From an uncultured Flavobacteriaceae bacterium (lineage in GTDB: Bacteria > Bacteroidota > Bacteroidia > Flavobacteriales > Flavobacteriaceae): a DNA stretch of 64,000 nucleotides. Positions 37,267 to 46,392 of this stretch are shown here, one piece after another. A program made the position numbers and the translations under genes. The DNA lies in NCBI GenBank assembly GCA_938011315.1, contig CALLUG010000009.1:6130-70129 (forward strand). The letters run 5' to 3'. Positions within the stretch are counted from its first letter, which is position 1. Every line of letters begins with the position of its first letter. The notes under the pieces are model-generated. The model worked only from the letters and a program-made list of their open reading frames with translations. It did not search any database and was not told the DNA's origin.

Positions 37267-37947
37267 ATGAAAATAGTAATACTAGCCGCAGGTATTGGCT
37301 CTAGATTAGGGAATCCTTTTCCAAAGCCATTAACACCACTCAAAAATAACAAAAGTATTATGAAGATGCAGATTGATAACATCGCATTACACTACAGTAT
37401 AGACGATATTAATGTTGTAGTGGGGTTTAAAAAGGACTTAATTATGGAGCGTTTTCCGGAATTAACTTATGTGTACAATCCTTTTTTTGATCGTACTAAT
37501 ACCTCCAAGAGTTTGTTGCGAGCGTTAAAAAAACATAACAATACTTCAGTATTATGGTTTAATGGTGATGTGGTTTTTGATCAGCGTATCCTAAGCATAT
37601 TACAACCTCATATAGAAGCTAACACCTCCTTTGTAGCAGTTAATACCCATAAGGTTGCCGAAGAAGAAGTAAAATATACCTTAAAGAACAATTATATAAA
37701 CGAACTGTCCAAAACCGTTAGCAATGGTCTTGGTGAGGCTGTAGGGATAAACTTTATTGCTTCTGGCGATATTGCACAACTTATTAATAGGCTGGAACAA
37801 TGCGAGGCTAACGATTATTTTGAGCGAGGCTTAGAGTTAGCCATAGCAAAAGATAATATTAAGGTCAAAGCTATAGATATTTCTCAGTACAACTGTATGG
37901 AAATTGATTTTGCCGAAGATTTGGAGAACGCCAATAACATGCTGTAA
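37267..37947 (+). CDS. LicC-like sugar/alcohol-phosphate nucleotidyltransferase (cytidylyltransferase family)
   Basis: N-terminal ILAAGIGSRLG..PKPL NTP-transferase motif. Length (226 aa) and the C-terminal MEIDFAEDL segment resemble LicC-type enzymes. Confidence 0.7.
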   Translation: MKIVILAAGIGSRLGNPFPKPLTPLKNNKSIMKMQIDNIALHYSIDDINVVVGFKKDLIMERFPELTYVYNPFFDRTNTSKSLLRALKKHNNTSVLWFNGDVVFDQRILSILQPHIEANTSFVAVNTHKVAEEEVKYTLKNNYINELSKTVSNGLGEAVGINFIASGDIAQLINRLEQCEANDYFERGLELAIAKDNIKVKAIDISQYNCMEIDFAEDLENANNML

Positions 37948-37958
37948 TAAACTTAAAA

Positions 37959-39005
37959 ATGAAATGTATTTTATTTTGCCAAAACACCTATGCCTTTGGT
38001 ATTTTAGAGCCTATCAAAACCGTTTTGCAACGTAAAGAATACAAGTATATATGGTTTGTTGCAGATAAAATTAAGGCTAGCTTTCCGTACCAAGACGAAG
38101 AACACACGTCTGTAATTAAAGACTTACAAGCGTTTGAGAGTGATGCGATTTTTGTACCAGGCAACGAAGTTCCTTATTACCTACGAGGCTTAAAAATACA
38201 AATATTTCATGGACTTGCAGGGGAAAAGAAAGGACACTTTAGAATTCGTAATTATTTTGATTTATACCTAACACAAGGCCCTTATTTTACAAAAAAATTT
38301 AATAAACTAAAGCAAAAACATAAGGATTTTGATGTAATAGAAACAGGCTGGCCTAAGCTCGATGCTTATGCAAAAACGAATCTACAATTTATAGACACAA
38401 AAGCGAGCTTATTTAAAACACACCAAGTCGAAAAAATTTTGCTTTACGCCCCAACATTCTCACCCAAGTTGACTTCTGCTCCCTTTTTGTTGGATGAAAT
38501 TAAAGCTTTGGCAAACAATAAGGCTTATCTTATTGTAATAAAATTTCATCCCTTAATGGCACAAGAGTGGATAGATGCGTATAAAGATTTGGCAAACAAC
38601 ATCAGTAATATTATTTTTAAAGACGATAAAAATATTATCCCTTTTTTGCTAATCTCAGATGTGCTTATAAGCGATACCTCATCTGTAGTTTATGAGTTTT
38701 TGTTGCTGGACAAACCTGTAATTACTTTTGCCAATAGTTCTAAAAATATCCTTTGGGAAAATACTACAGAATATAAAAATTTAGAAGCTTTAGTAAAAAA
38801 CACGATTAATTTTGATCCATTTGCAAATTCTAGAACTTATATTTGCGAACAATTTCATCCATATACCGATGGGAAATCATCTGAGCGTATGGTTGATGCC
38901 GCCAAATTATACATTAAAACCCATGGCGTTCCACAAAAGCGAAGACTTTCATTCTTAAGACGAATGAAAATTCATTCTATTTTTGGAACACCAAGTAAAC
39001 TATAA
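37959..39005 (+). CDS. CDP-glycerol glycerophosphotransferase (TagB/TagF) family protein
   Basis: Family-typical C-terminal catalytic region (LYAPTF, KFHP, ISDTSSVVYEFLLLDKPVI). Confidence 0.75.
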   Translation: MKCILFCQNTYAFGILEPIKTVLQRKEYKYIWFVADKIKASFPYQDEEHTSVIKDLQAFESDAIFVPGNEVPYYLRGLKIQIFHGLAGEKKGHFRIRNYFDLYLTQGPYFTKKFNKLKQKHKDFDVIETGWPKLDAYAKTNLQFIDTKASLFKTHQVEKILLYAPTFSPKLTSAPFLLDEIKALANNKAYLIVIKFHPLMAQEWIDAYKDLANNISNIIFKDDKNIIPFLLISDVLISDTSSVVYEFLLLDKPVITFANSSKNILWENTTEYKNLEALVKNTINFDPFANSRTYICEQFHPYTDGKSSERMVDAAKLYIKTHGVPQKRRLSFLRRMKIHSIFGTPSKL

Positions 39006-39767
39006 ATGCAAAAATTAACTGCAATAATACCTACTGGCAATGAAGCTCATAATATTGAAGCTGTAATAGCATCTGTTAGTTTTGCCGACGAAATACTAAT
39101 AGCAGATAGTTTTAGCAACGATGGTACCTATGAAAAAGCTCTTAGCTTAGGAGCAAAGGTCATTAGGCGAAAATTTAATTACTCTGCCGATCATAAAAAC
39201 TGGGCCATACCTCAAGCAAAGCACGAATGGATTTTACTACTAGATGCCGACGAAAGAGTAACTCCAAAATTAAAAACCGAAATCATTGATTTTTTAAAAT
39301 CAAATACCCATAAGCATGTGGCTTACTGGATTAGTAGGGAAAATAATTTTATGGGTAAACCAGTAAACTATAGTGGTTGGAAAAACGATAGTGTTATTAG
39401 GCTGTTTAGACGAGACGACTGTAGATACAAAGATATTCTAGTGCACGAAGAAATTATTGTTAATACCCAAGGGAGTATTGGAAAGCTAAAACATAAATTG
39501 TATCACAACACTTATATTAGTTTTGACAAATACATAGAAAAGAAAAATAAGTATGCCTCTTGGCAAGCAAAAGATTTTGATAAAAAAACAGGACGTCTAA
39601 CCCCTTATCATTTTATAATAAAACCTTTTTGGCGATTTTTTAAGCACTATATCCTACAAGGAGGATTTAGAGATGGTGTTGTAGGACTCACCATTAGCTA
39701 CATACAGGCATACAGTGTTTTTACTAGATATGTAAAATTATGGTTGCTAAGAAGAGGTAGAGAGTAA
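39006..39767 (+). CDS. family 2 glycosyltransferase (LPS-core WaaE/KdtX-like)
   Basis: IIPTGNEAHNIE, ADSFSNDGT and LLLDADERV motifs. The ATG directly follows the TagF-like stop. Confidence 0.8.
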   Translation: MQKLTAIIPTGNEAHNIEAVIASVSFADEILIADSFSNDGTYEKALSLGAKVIRRKFNYSADHKNWAIPQAKHEWILLLDADERVTPKLKTEIIDFLKSNTHKHVAYWISRENNFMGKPVNYSGWKNDSVIRLFRRDDCRYKDILVHEEIIVNTQGSIGKLKHKLYHNTYISFDKYIEKKNKYASWQAKDFDKKTGRLTPYHFIIKPFWRFFKHYILQGGFRDGVVGLTISYIQAYSVFTRYVKLWLLRRGRE

Positions 39768-39774
39768 GTAAGTA

Positions 39775-40527
39775 TTAGGTAATCTTAAACCGTTTTTTTA
39801 AGCGTTTTTTTCGTTCAAATTTGTAATGAAATGCTTTAATAGCAGAGTACATGTCGTTAAATACAAGCTCATTAGAGAGTCCAGTGCATTTTGAATACTC
39901 ATCACTCATAATTTCTATAATAGCTTTGTTTTTGGTTAGTCTAGAAAAATTATGAAGTCGCATTTGCATATTCATTGTTTCAAAACGCATTCGGTTTAAA
40001 TCTACCAAATAAAAAGAATAACCGTTATGTGTTTTTTTTATTAAGGTATTTCCTGGCGAATGATCTAAAAAGTGAATGCCTTTTTCGTGCAAACTATGCG
40101 TAAATCGTACAAAAGCTCTAACAATGTTTTCGTGATCGGGATAGTTTAGATTTGTAGTGAGCTCTCTGTAAGTTAAATCGTATTGCAATTGCTTACTAAC
40201 ATAAAAACTTTCTTTAAACAAAAACAGCTTTTTAGATTTATAATAGGCTATAGGTTCAGGAGTACCTACGTTTAGGGCAATTAGTCTATTGGCATACTCA
40301 AACGAGCGAAGCGCTTTACTTTTCCTAAAAAAAGAATACACAACTTGATTAATAATATTAGGAACTTTAAACGATTTTATATTAATACAGTCATTAGTAC
40401 TAAGTGTAAATAACTTAATCGTATTTCTAGCAGCTTTTAGTTGTTTTCCCGATTTATTAAAATCGGAAATAAAAGTAGTAATCTCTTTTTGATAAGCTTT
40501 ATATTTATGATGAAAAACCTGTTTCAT
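39775..40527 (-). CDS. lipopolysaccharide kinase (Kdo/WaaP/InaA) family protein, KdkA-like
   Basis: 250 aa with the catalytic-loop-like HFLDHSPGNTLI and the metal-binding YLVDLNRM. Confidence 0.6.
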   Translation of the reverse strand: MKQVFHHKYKAYQKEITTFISDFNKSGKQLKAARNTIKLFTLSTNDCINIKSFKVPNIINQVVYSFFRKSKALRSFEYANRLIALNVGTPEPIAYYKSKKLFLFKESFYVSKQLQYDLTYRELTTNLNYPDHENIVRAFVRFTHSLHEKGIHFLDHSPGNTLIKKTHNGYSFYLVDLNRMRFETMNMQMRLHNFSRLTKNKAIIEIMSDEYSKCTGLSNELVFNDMYSAIKAFHYKFERKKRLKKRFKIT

Positions 40528-40581
40528 AACACAATATTACAATTAGTTTTTACAATAGTCTAGATTTTAAATATGCTAAAT

Positions 40582-41622
40582 TTACTTTATCGCATCTAAT
40601 GCTTTGTCTATAGCTTTTTGTAAAAATCCACCAGTTCTTACTTGTTCTTGTGCTTTTAAAACGTTTTTCTTCATAGCATTATAGTCTTCTATACTTAATT
40701 TTTCTAAAATGCGATCCAAATCTTTTAAATTAGAAACACTTAGACCTAAATTGTTTTCTAAAATAAAAGGCGCTATAGCGGCTTCACTCCAAACAATTAT
40801 GGGCAAACCACATAGAAGATATAAAGAGGTTTTATGAGGATTATTGTATCGCAAATATTCACCATATTGTCCACTACAGGTATTAGAGGTTATACCGTCC
40901 CAAACTAAACCAAAATCGCCTTTTAGTGCGTAAGCTATTTGATCTGAAGGAAATAAGCCTTGATAATTAAGAATAGAATCCTGTTGATTTACCTTTCGTT
41001 TATCTTCTTCAAAACCACCACCGTATAAATTAAGTGTATAATTATCGTGGTCTAATGAGTCTATCTCATAAATATACGAGTTCTTAGTGCCTCCAAATCC
41101 TCCAGCGTAAGCAATTTCAAAAGTAGAACCCTTAAAATGATTATCGTTTTGAGTAGGACGTTGGTCTGCGATATAATCAAACAAGTTTAAACTAACAATA
41201 GATGAGCTTGTATTTTGAGTTTCGAACCAATTTTTCATTGCGGGGTTATGTGCAATAATAACTTCTGTATTTATAATCGATAATTCAGCATTTTTTTTAC
41301 TGGTACGTCCTCTTAAACTTCTTACATCGTGTATTATTGTAATGACTTTGCATCGCTTTAATTTTGCAACAATAAGAATATAGTTTCTAAATTTTTTATT
41401 TGGGTATTGCGTGCAAAGTGTTGCCTTAAAAGGCAGTTTTAGTAATGCTATAGTAATACCAAAAAAATTTTTGATAGCTCCAAATGCTGTATTTGGTATA
41501 GAAGATTGCTTAAAACCGAGGTTTTTAAACCCATAGCGTTCTAGGACAATCTCACAATCGGTCTTCGCTTTCCCAGAAGCATTAAATAAAGATTTATAAT
41601 TTCTAGAAATATAATAGTTCAT
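40582..41622 (-). CDS. WbbI-like beta-1,6-galactofuranosyltransferase
   Basis: Strong resemblance to E. coli K-12 WbbI as recalled (IHDVRSLRG; AHNP.M; FGLVWDG.TSNTCSGQYGEYLRYNNPHKTSLYL..GLPIIVWS.AA.A.FI). Divergent from glf. Confidence 0.65.
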   Translation of the reverse strand: MNYYISRNYKSLFNASGKAKTDCEIVLERYGFKNLGFKQSSIPNTAFGAIKNFFGITIALLKLPFKATLCTQYPNKKFRNYILIVAKLKRCKVITIIHDVRSLRGRTSKKNAELSIINTEVIIAHNPAMKNWFETQNTSSSIVSLNLFDYIADQRPTQNDNHFKGSTFEIAYAGGFGGTKNSYIYEIDSLDHDNYTLNLYGGGFEEDKRKVNQQDSILNYQGLFPSDQIAYALKGDFGLVWDGITSNTCSGQYGEYLRYNNPHKTSLYLLCGLPIIVWSEAAIAPFILENNLGLSVSNLKDLDRILEKLSIEDYNAMKKNVLKAQEQVRTGGFLQKAIDKALDAIK

Positions 41623-41692
41623 TAAACTATAAGTTTTTTTATAGATGATTAAAACCTAAATTTACATCATCAAATTGATAAGTTATAACAAT

Positions 41693-42802
41693 ATGCTAAA
41701 ATACGATTATTTAATTGTAGGAGCAGGATTATTTGGTTCTGTATTTGCCCATGAGGCAACAAAAAAAGGAAAACGATGTTTGGTTATAGACAAAAGACCC
41801 CACAAAGGGGGTAATGTGTATTGCGAAGATGTTAGCGGAATTAATGTGCACAAATACGGAGCACATATTTTTCATACCAACGACAAAGCAATTTGGGAAT
41901 ATGTTAATCAGTTTACAGAATTTAATAACTACATTAATTCGCCCATATCAAACTCAAAAGGAAAGTTGTATAATTTGCCGTTTAACATGAATACCTTTTA
42001 TCAACTTTGGGGAGTTAAAACCCCACAAGAGGCAAAAACAATTATTAACAAACAAATTCAAGATTATGGAACAAAACAACCCAAAAACTTAGAAGAACAA
42101 GCTCTCTCACTCATAGGAAAAGATATTTACGAAACATTAATAAAAGACTACACCGAAAAACAATGGGGGATAAAAGCTTCCAAACTCCCTGCCTTTATCA
42201 TAAAACGCTTACCAGTAAGGTACACTTTTGATAATAATTATTTTAACGACACCTACCAAGGAATTCCTATAGGAGGATATAACACCATAATTGAAGGCTT
42301 ACTAAAAGGCGTTGAAGTAAAAACTAATGTAGATTTTTTTGAAAACCAAGATGAGTATATCCAATGCGCTAATAAAATAGTTTATACAGGTAAAATTGAT
42401 GAATACTATAACTACCAACACGGCAAATTAGAATATAGGTCATTACGTTTTGAGACCGAAACTCTACAAGATATTTCAAATTTTCAAGGTAATGCAGTTG
42501 TAAATTATAACGACAAACAGGTGCCGTACACAAGAATTATAGAACACAAACATTTTCAATTTGGAACTCAAAAAGATACTGTAATAACAAGAGAATATCC
42601 CGAAGCGTGGTCGGATAAAAAAGAGGCATATTACCCTATTAATAACGAATTAAATCAAAAACGATATCAAAAATATAATGCCTTAGCAAAAAGCGAAAAG
42701 CATATTATTTTTGGAGGAAGACTAGCCGAATATAAATATTATGATATGCACCAAATTATAGCTTCTGCCCTAAAAAAAATAACAATAGAGTTTGCCAATT
42801 AA
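41693..42802 (+). CDS. glf: UDP-galactopyranose mutase
   Basis: FAD motif YDYLIVGAGLFGS, then GAHIFHT and C-terminal GRLAEYKYYDMHQ. The ATG at 41693 is preferred over the ORF-track TTG at 41675. Confidence 0.9.
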   Translation: MLKYDYLIVGAGLFGSVFAHEATKKGKRCLVIDKRPHKGGNVYCEDVSGINVHKYGAHIFHTNDKAIWEYVNQFTEFNNYINSPISNSKGKLYNLPFNMNTFYQLWGVKTPQEAKTIINKQIQDYGTKQPKNLEEQALSLIGKDIYETLIKDYTEKQWGIKASKLPAFIIKRLPVRYTFDNNYFNDTYQGIPIGGYNTIIEGLLKGVEVKTNVDFFENQDEYIQCANKIVYTGKIDEYYNYQHGKLEYRSLRFETETLQDISNFQGNAVVNYNDKQVPYTRIIEHKHFQFGTQKDTVITREYPEAWSDKKEAYYPINNELNQKRYQKYNALAKSEKHIIFGGRLAEYKYYDMHQIIASALKKITIEFAN

Positions 42803-42814
42803 TCATATTTGCTA

Positions 42815-43375
42815 ATGAAAACCGAACTCCAAAACACGCTTAATGCCTTAAAAAAAGGTAATATTATACTCTATCCTACAGATACTGTTTGGGGTATTGG
42901 TTGCGATGCCACTAACGCCAATGCAGTTCAAAAAATATATAAACTAAAACAACGAGACGATAGCAAATCAATGATTTGCCTTGTTAACAATCTAGCTATG
43001 CTAGAGGCTCACGTAACAGATGTTCCCAAACTAGCCTATACACTATTAGGTCAAACAAAAAAGCCAACCACTATAATTTACAATAAGCCCAAAGGCGTTG
43101 CAAAAAATATTATAGCAGCCAACAACACACTAGCCATTAGGCTTGTTAAGCATCAATTTTGTGAACAGCTCATACAACAGTTTGGAAAACCAATAGTATC
43201 TACCTCTGCAAATATTAGTGGCGAAAGCACCCCAAAATCCTTTAAAGAAATAAGTAATAACATTTTAATGGGTGTAGACTATATTGTAAATTTGCACCGT
43301 GAAAACACCGGTACTAAGGCGTCTGCTATTATCAAAATAAATGCAGATCAAAGTATGGATATAATTCGTGAATGA
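42815..43375 (+). CDS. tsaC: L-threonylcarbamoyladenylate synthase (YrdC/TsaC type)
   Basis: YrdC-domain motifs YPTDTVWGIGCDA, K.R....MICLV and STSANISG. 186 aa. Confidence 0.8.
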   Translation: MKTELQNTLNALKKGNIILYPTDTVWGIGCDATNANAVQKIYKLKQRDDSKSMICLVNNLAMLEAHVTDVPKLAYTLLGQTKKPTTIIYNKPKGVAKNIIAANNTLAIRLVKHQFCEQLIQQFGKPIVSTSANISGESTPKSFKEISNNILMGVDYIVNLHRENTGTKASAIIKINADQSMDIIRE

Positions 43376-44817
43376 ATTACAAAGAAGCACTACAAAATAC
43401 TATTTTTGATATCATATCCCAATCGGCAAAACAGCTTCATATAGAAACTTATGTTATTGGTGGTTTTGTGAGAGATGCTATACTAAATCGAGAAACAATA
43501 GCAAAAGATATCGATATCCTTGCTATAGGCAGCGGTATTGCCTTAGCAAAACAAGTTTCCAAAAACTTAGCGAATACCCCCAAAGTACAGGTTTTTAAAA
43601 CCTACGGCACAGCGATGCTACGGTACAATGATATTGACATCGAGTTTGTAGGCGCTCGTAAAGAATCGTACACCAAAGATAGCAGAAACCCAGTCGTAGA
43701 AAGCGGCACATTACTAGATGACCAAAATCGACGCGATTTTACAATCAATGCCTTAGCTTTAAGCTTAGCGGAATCTACTTTTGGAAATTTATTAGACCCC
43801 TTTGGCGGCATTAAGCATCTAACAATTAAGCTTATAAAAACTCCTTTAGACCCAAACATAACCTTTAGCGATGACCCTTTACGTATGATGCGTGCCATAC
43901 GCTTTGCTTCTCAGCTTAATTTTACTATTGAGCCACAAGCTCTACAGGCTATTACAAAACAAAATCAGCGTATTGCAATTATTACCAACGAACGCATTGT
44001 TACTGAATTGCATAAAATTTTAGAAAGCAAAGTTCCTTCCGTAGGGTTTTTATTATTAGAAAAAACAGGATTGTTAGAGCTTATTCTTCCAGAATTAACC
44101 GCACTTAAAGGTATAGATGAGATTGACGGGCAACGCCATAAAGATAACTTTTATCACACCTTAGAAGTTGTAGATAATATTGCAAAACATACAAACAACC
44201 TATGGTTGCGTTGGGCAGCACTCCTGCACGACATAGGAAAGGCACCAACAAAAGCATTTCACAAATCGATAGGTTGGACCTTTCATGCTCATGAATTTGA
44301 AGGCTCAAAAATGGTATACCACTTGTTTAAAAGGCTAAAAATGCCACTAAATGATAAGATGAAGTATGTCCAAAAACTTGTATTTATGAGTTCGCGACCA
44401 ATAGCATTGGTAAACGATAGTGTTACAGACGCTGCAGTGAGACGACTCGTGTTTGATGCTAGCAATTATGTAGAAGATTTAATGACTCTCTGTGAAGCAG
44501 ATATAACTACAAAAAATCCAAAAAAGTTTGCTAGATATCAACATAACTTTAAGCTAGTAAGACAAAAAATTATTGAAGTAGAAGAGCGAGACCGTTTGCG
44601 TAATTTCCAACCGCCAATATCTGGAGAGGATATTATGAAAGCCTTTAATCTAAAGCCTTCTAGGTATATAGGTGTTATAAAAGAAAAAATTAAAGATGCC
44701 ATTTTAGAAGGCGAAATCCCCAACCAATACGATGCAGCATTTACATTAATGCTTAGTACAGGCAAACAACTTGGACTAAACCCTAATGCGAACTTAATTG
44801 AAAATGAAAAAAGATAA
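43372..44817 (+). CDS. CCA-adding / poly(A) polymerase-family tRNA nucleotidyltransferase with HD domain
   Basis: Head domain (VIGGFVRD, DIDI, RRDFTINAL), neck (DPLRMMRAIRF) and HD region (LLHDIGK). It shares a 4-nt overlap with tsaC. Confidence 0.8.
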   Translation: MNYKEALQNTIFDIISQSAKQLHIETYVIGGFVRDAILNRETIAKDIDILAIGSGIALAKQVSKNLANTPKVQVFKTYGTAMLRYNDIDIEFVGARKESYTKDSRNPVVESGTLLDDQNRRDFTINALALSLAESTFGNLLDPFGGIKHLTIKLIKTPLDPNITFSDDPLRMMRAIRFASQLNFTIEPQALQAITKQNQRIAIITNERIVTELHKILESKVPSVGFLLLEKTGLLELILPELTALKGIDEIDGQRHKDNFYHTLEVVDNIAKHTNNLWLRWAALLHDIGKAPTKAFHKSIGWTFHAHEFEGSKMVYHLFKRLKMPLNDKMKYVQKLVFMSSRPIALVNDSVTDAAVRRLVFDASNYVEDLMTLCEADITTKNPKKFARYQHNFKLVRQKIIEVEERDRLRNFQPPISGEDIMKAFNLKPSRYIGVIKEKIKDAILEGEIPNQYDAAFTLMLSTGKQLGLNPNANLIENEKR

Positions 44818-45826
44818 CAACAAAGTAATATATTGGTTGCTAACAGGCTGTACTCTTATTTTTATTATGGTCATTGTTGGCGGCATTACTAGACTAACAC
44901 ATTCTGGGCTATCTATGTCTAATTATAAATTAATTTCAGGAGTTATTCCGCCTACTAATGAAGCAGAGTGGCTTGCAGCCTGGAATCTTTACAAACAATA
45001 CCCCGAATACCAAAAAATAAGAGCTCAAACAAACTTTACGCTACAAGATTTTAAGGCTATTTACTTTTGGGAGTGGATACATCGTGTTATAGGAAGGCTT
45101 ATAGGCTTAGTCTTCTTAATTCCATTTTTATATTTTATACTAACAAAACAATTATCGAGTGCTACCCTAAAGAAAGCGACTATTTTGTTAATATTAGGTA
45201 GTATGCAGGGGTTTTTAGGATGGTATATGGTTAAGAGTGGCCTTATAGACAACCCCGATGTAAGCCACTACAGGTTAGCAGCACACCTAACTACAGCGTT
45301 TATAACTTTTGCATACACCTTTTGGGTCGCTCTAGATCTTATATATCCAAACAAAAAAACGATTAATACCAAATTTAGAGCCTTAGTTCGTTTAGCCTTA
45401 GTAATACTACTACTACAAATTATATACGGTGCTTTTGTGGCAGGCTTGGATGCAGGATTTATACACAACCATTGGCCCTTAATGAACGATGGCAAATTTA
45501 TGCACGAAACTGTATATATAGAACAAAATCCAGTGTACAAAAATTTTATAGAAGGAAAGAGTGGTGTGCAGTTTGTACACAGAATCTTAGCATATGTTGT
45601 TGTATTTATGATAGGTATGCTATGGTACACGTCTAAAAAGATGAGCTTAACGCTACAACAAACCCAAGGTATTCGTTTTTTGGTTGTTATGGTTGCCCTG
45701 CAATTCGTCCTAGGCGTACTCACTATTGTATTGGGCGTTCCTGTTTGGTTGGGTATTGCTCACCAAGTTGGCGCATTTTTGTTATTGAGTTTTATGACAT
45801 TTACATTGCACCGTTTTAGTAAATAA
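44804..45826 (+). CDS. ctaA: heme A synthase (COX15/CtaA family)
   Basis: Multi-TM protein with GGITRLTHSGLSM, EWIHR and FVHR His-containing motifs. The ATG at 44804 is preferred; the ORF-track start at 44798 is a TTG. Confidence 0.8.
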   Translation: MKKDNNKVIYWLLTGCTLIFIMVIVGGITRLTHSGLSMSNYKLISGVIPPTNEAEWLAAWNLYKQYPEYQKIRAQTNFTLQDFKAIYFWEWIHRVIGRLIGLVFLIPFLYFILTKQLSSATLKKATILLILGSMQGFLGWYMVKSGLIDNPDVSHYRLAAHLTTAFITFAYTFWVALDLIYPNKKTINTKFRALVRLALVILLLQIIYGAFVAGLDAGFIHNHWPLMNDGKFMHETVYIEQNPVYKNFIEGKSGVQFVHRILAYVVVFMIGMLWYTSKKMSLTLQQTQGIRFLVVMVALQFVLGVLTIVLGVPVWLGIAHQVGAFLLLSFMTFTLHRFSK

Positions 45827-45864
45827 TATAAAAAAAAATATCTTTACATTAATTTATACGGCTT

Positions 45865-46392
45865 ATGATATACCGATTTAGAGTTATACTAGACAACGAT
45901 ACTAAAGACGACATTTTTAGAGACATTGAAATTAGACAAACCGATACACTAGAAGATTTGCACAATAGCATTACCCAATCCTTTGGTTTTGATGGTAGCG
46001 AAATGGCTTCTTTTTATCGCAGTGATGACCAATGGAATCAGGGTGAGGAAATTTCTTTGTTTGATATGAGCGAGGGGCTAAACGAGGTGAAACTAATGAA
46101 TGAAACTAGGATAGACGATATAGCAGATGCCGAAAACACAAAATTAATATATGTTTACGATTTTTTTAATATGTGGACCTTTTTTGTAGAGTTAGGAGAA
46201 ATCGTTGAGGTTTCCGAGAGTACAGACTACCCAAACTTGTTGTATGTCCATGGGCAAATCCCTACAGAAGCTCCCCAAAAAAACTTTGAAGCAGAACATA
46301 CAGGTGGCGACTATGATACCGAAGAAGATTTTAATGACGACCTAGATCCAAGCAATTACGACGACTTAGATTTTGATACAAACTGGAATTAG
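45865..46392 (+). CDS. pRiA4b ORF-3 / MM3350-like domain protein with an acidic C-terminal tail
   Basis: N-terminus IYRFRVILDNDTKDDIFRDIEIRQTDTLEDLHNSI..FGFDG.EMASFY is typical of the family as recalled. The tail is rich in D/E. Confidence 0.55.
   Translation: MIYRFRVILDNDTKDDIFRDIEIRQTDTLEDLHNSITQSFGFDGSEMASFYRSDDQWNQGEEISLFDMSEGLNEVKLMNETRIDDIADAENTKLIYVYDFFNMWTFFVELGEIVEVSESTDYPNLLYVHGQIPTEAPQKNFEAEHTGGDYDTEEDFNDDLDPSNYDDLDFDTNWN

Noticed and set aside
45268-45723. 151-aa antisense ORF inside ctaA, and similar antisense ORFs inside gcvP, paaZ, the thiolase, E1, the KAS III, the ABC exporter, purK, the deformylase gene, dapD, the CCA-type nucleotidyltransferase, nadC, yihY, priA, glyA, the histidine kinase, coaE, the YbbR-like gene, grpE and dnaJ
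   Set aside because: All lie wholly within strongly supported genes on the other strand or in another frame. None has a recognisable motif. They are typical chance ORFs in AT-rich DNA.
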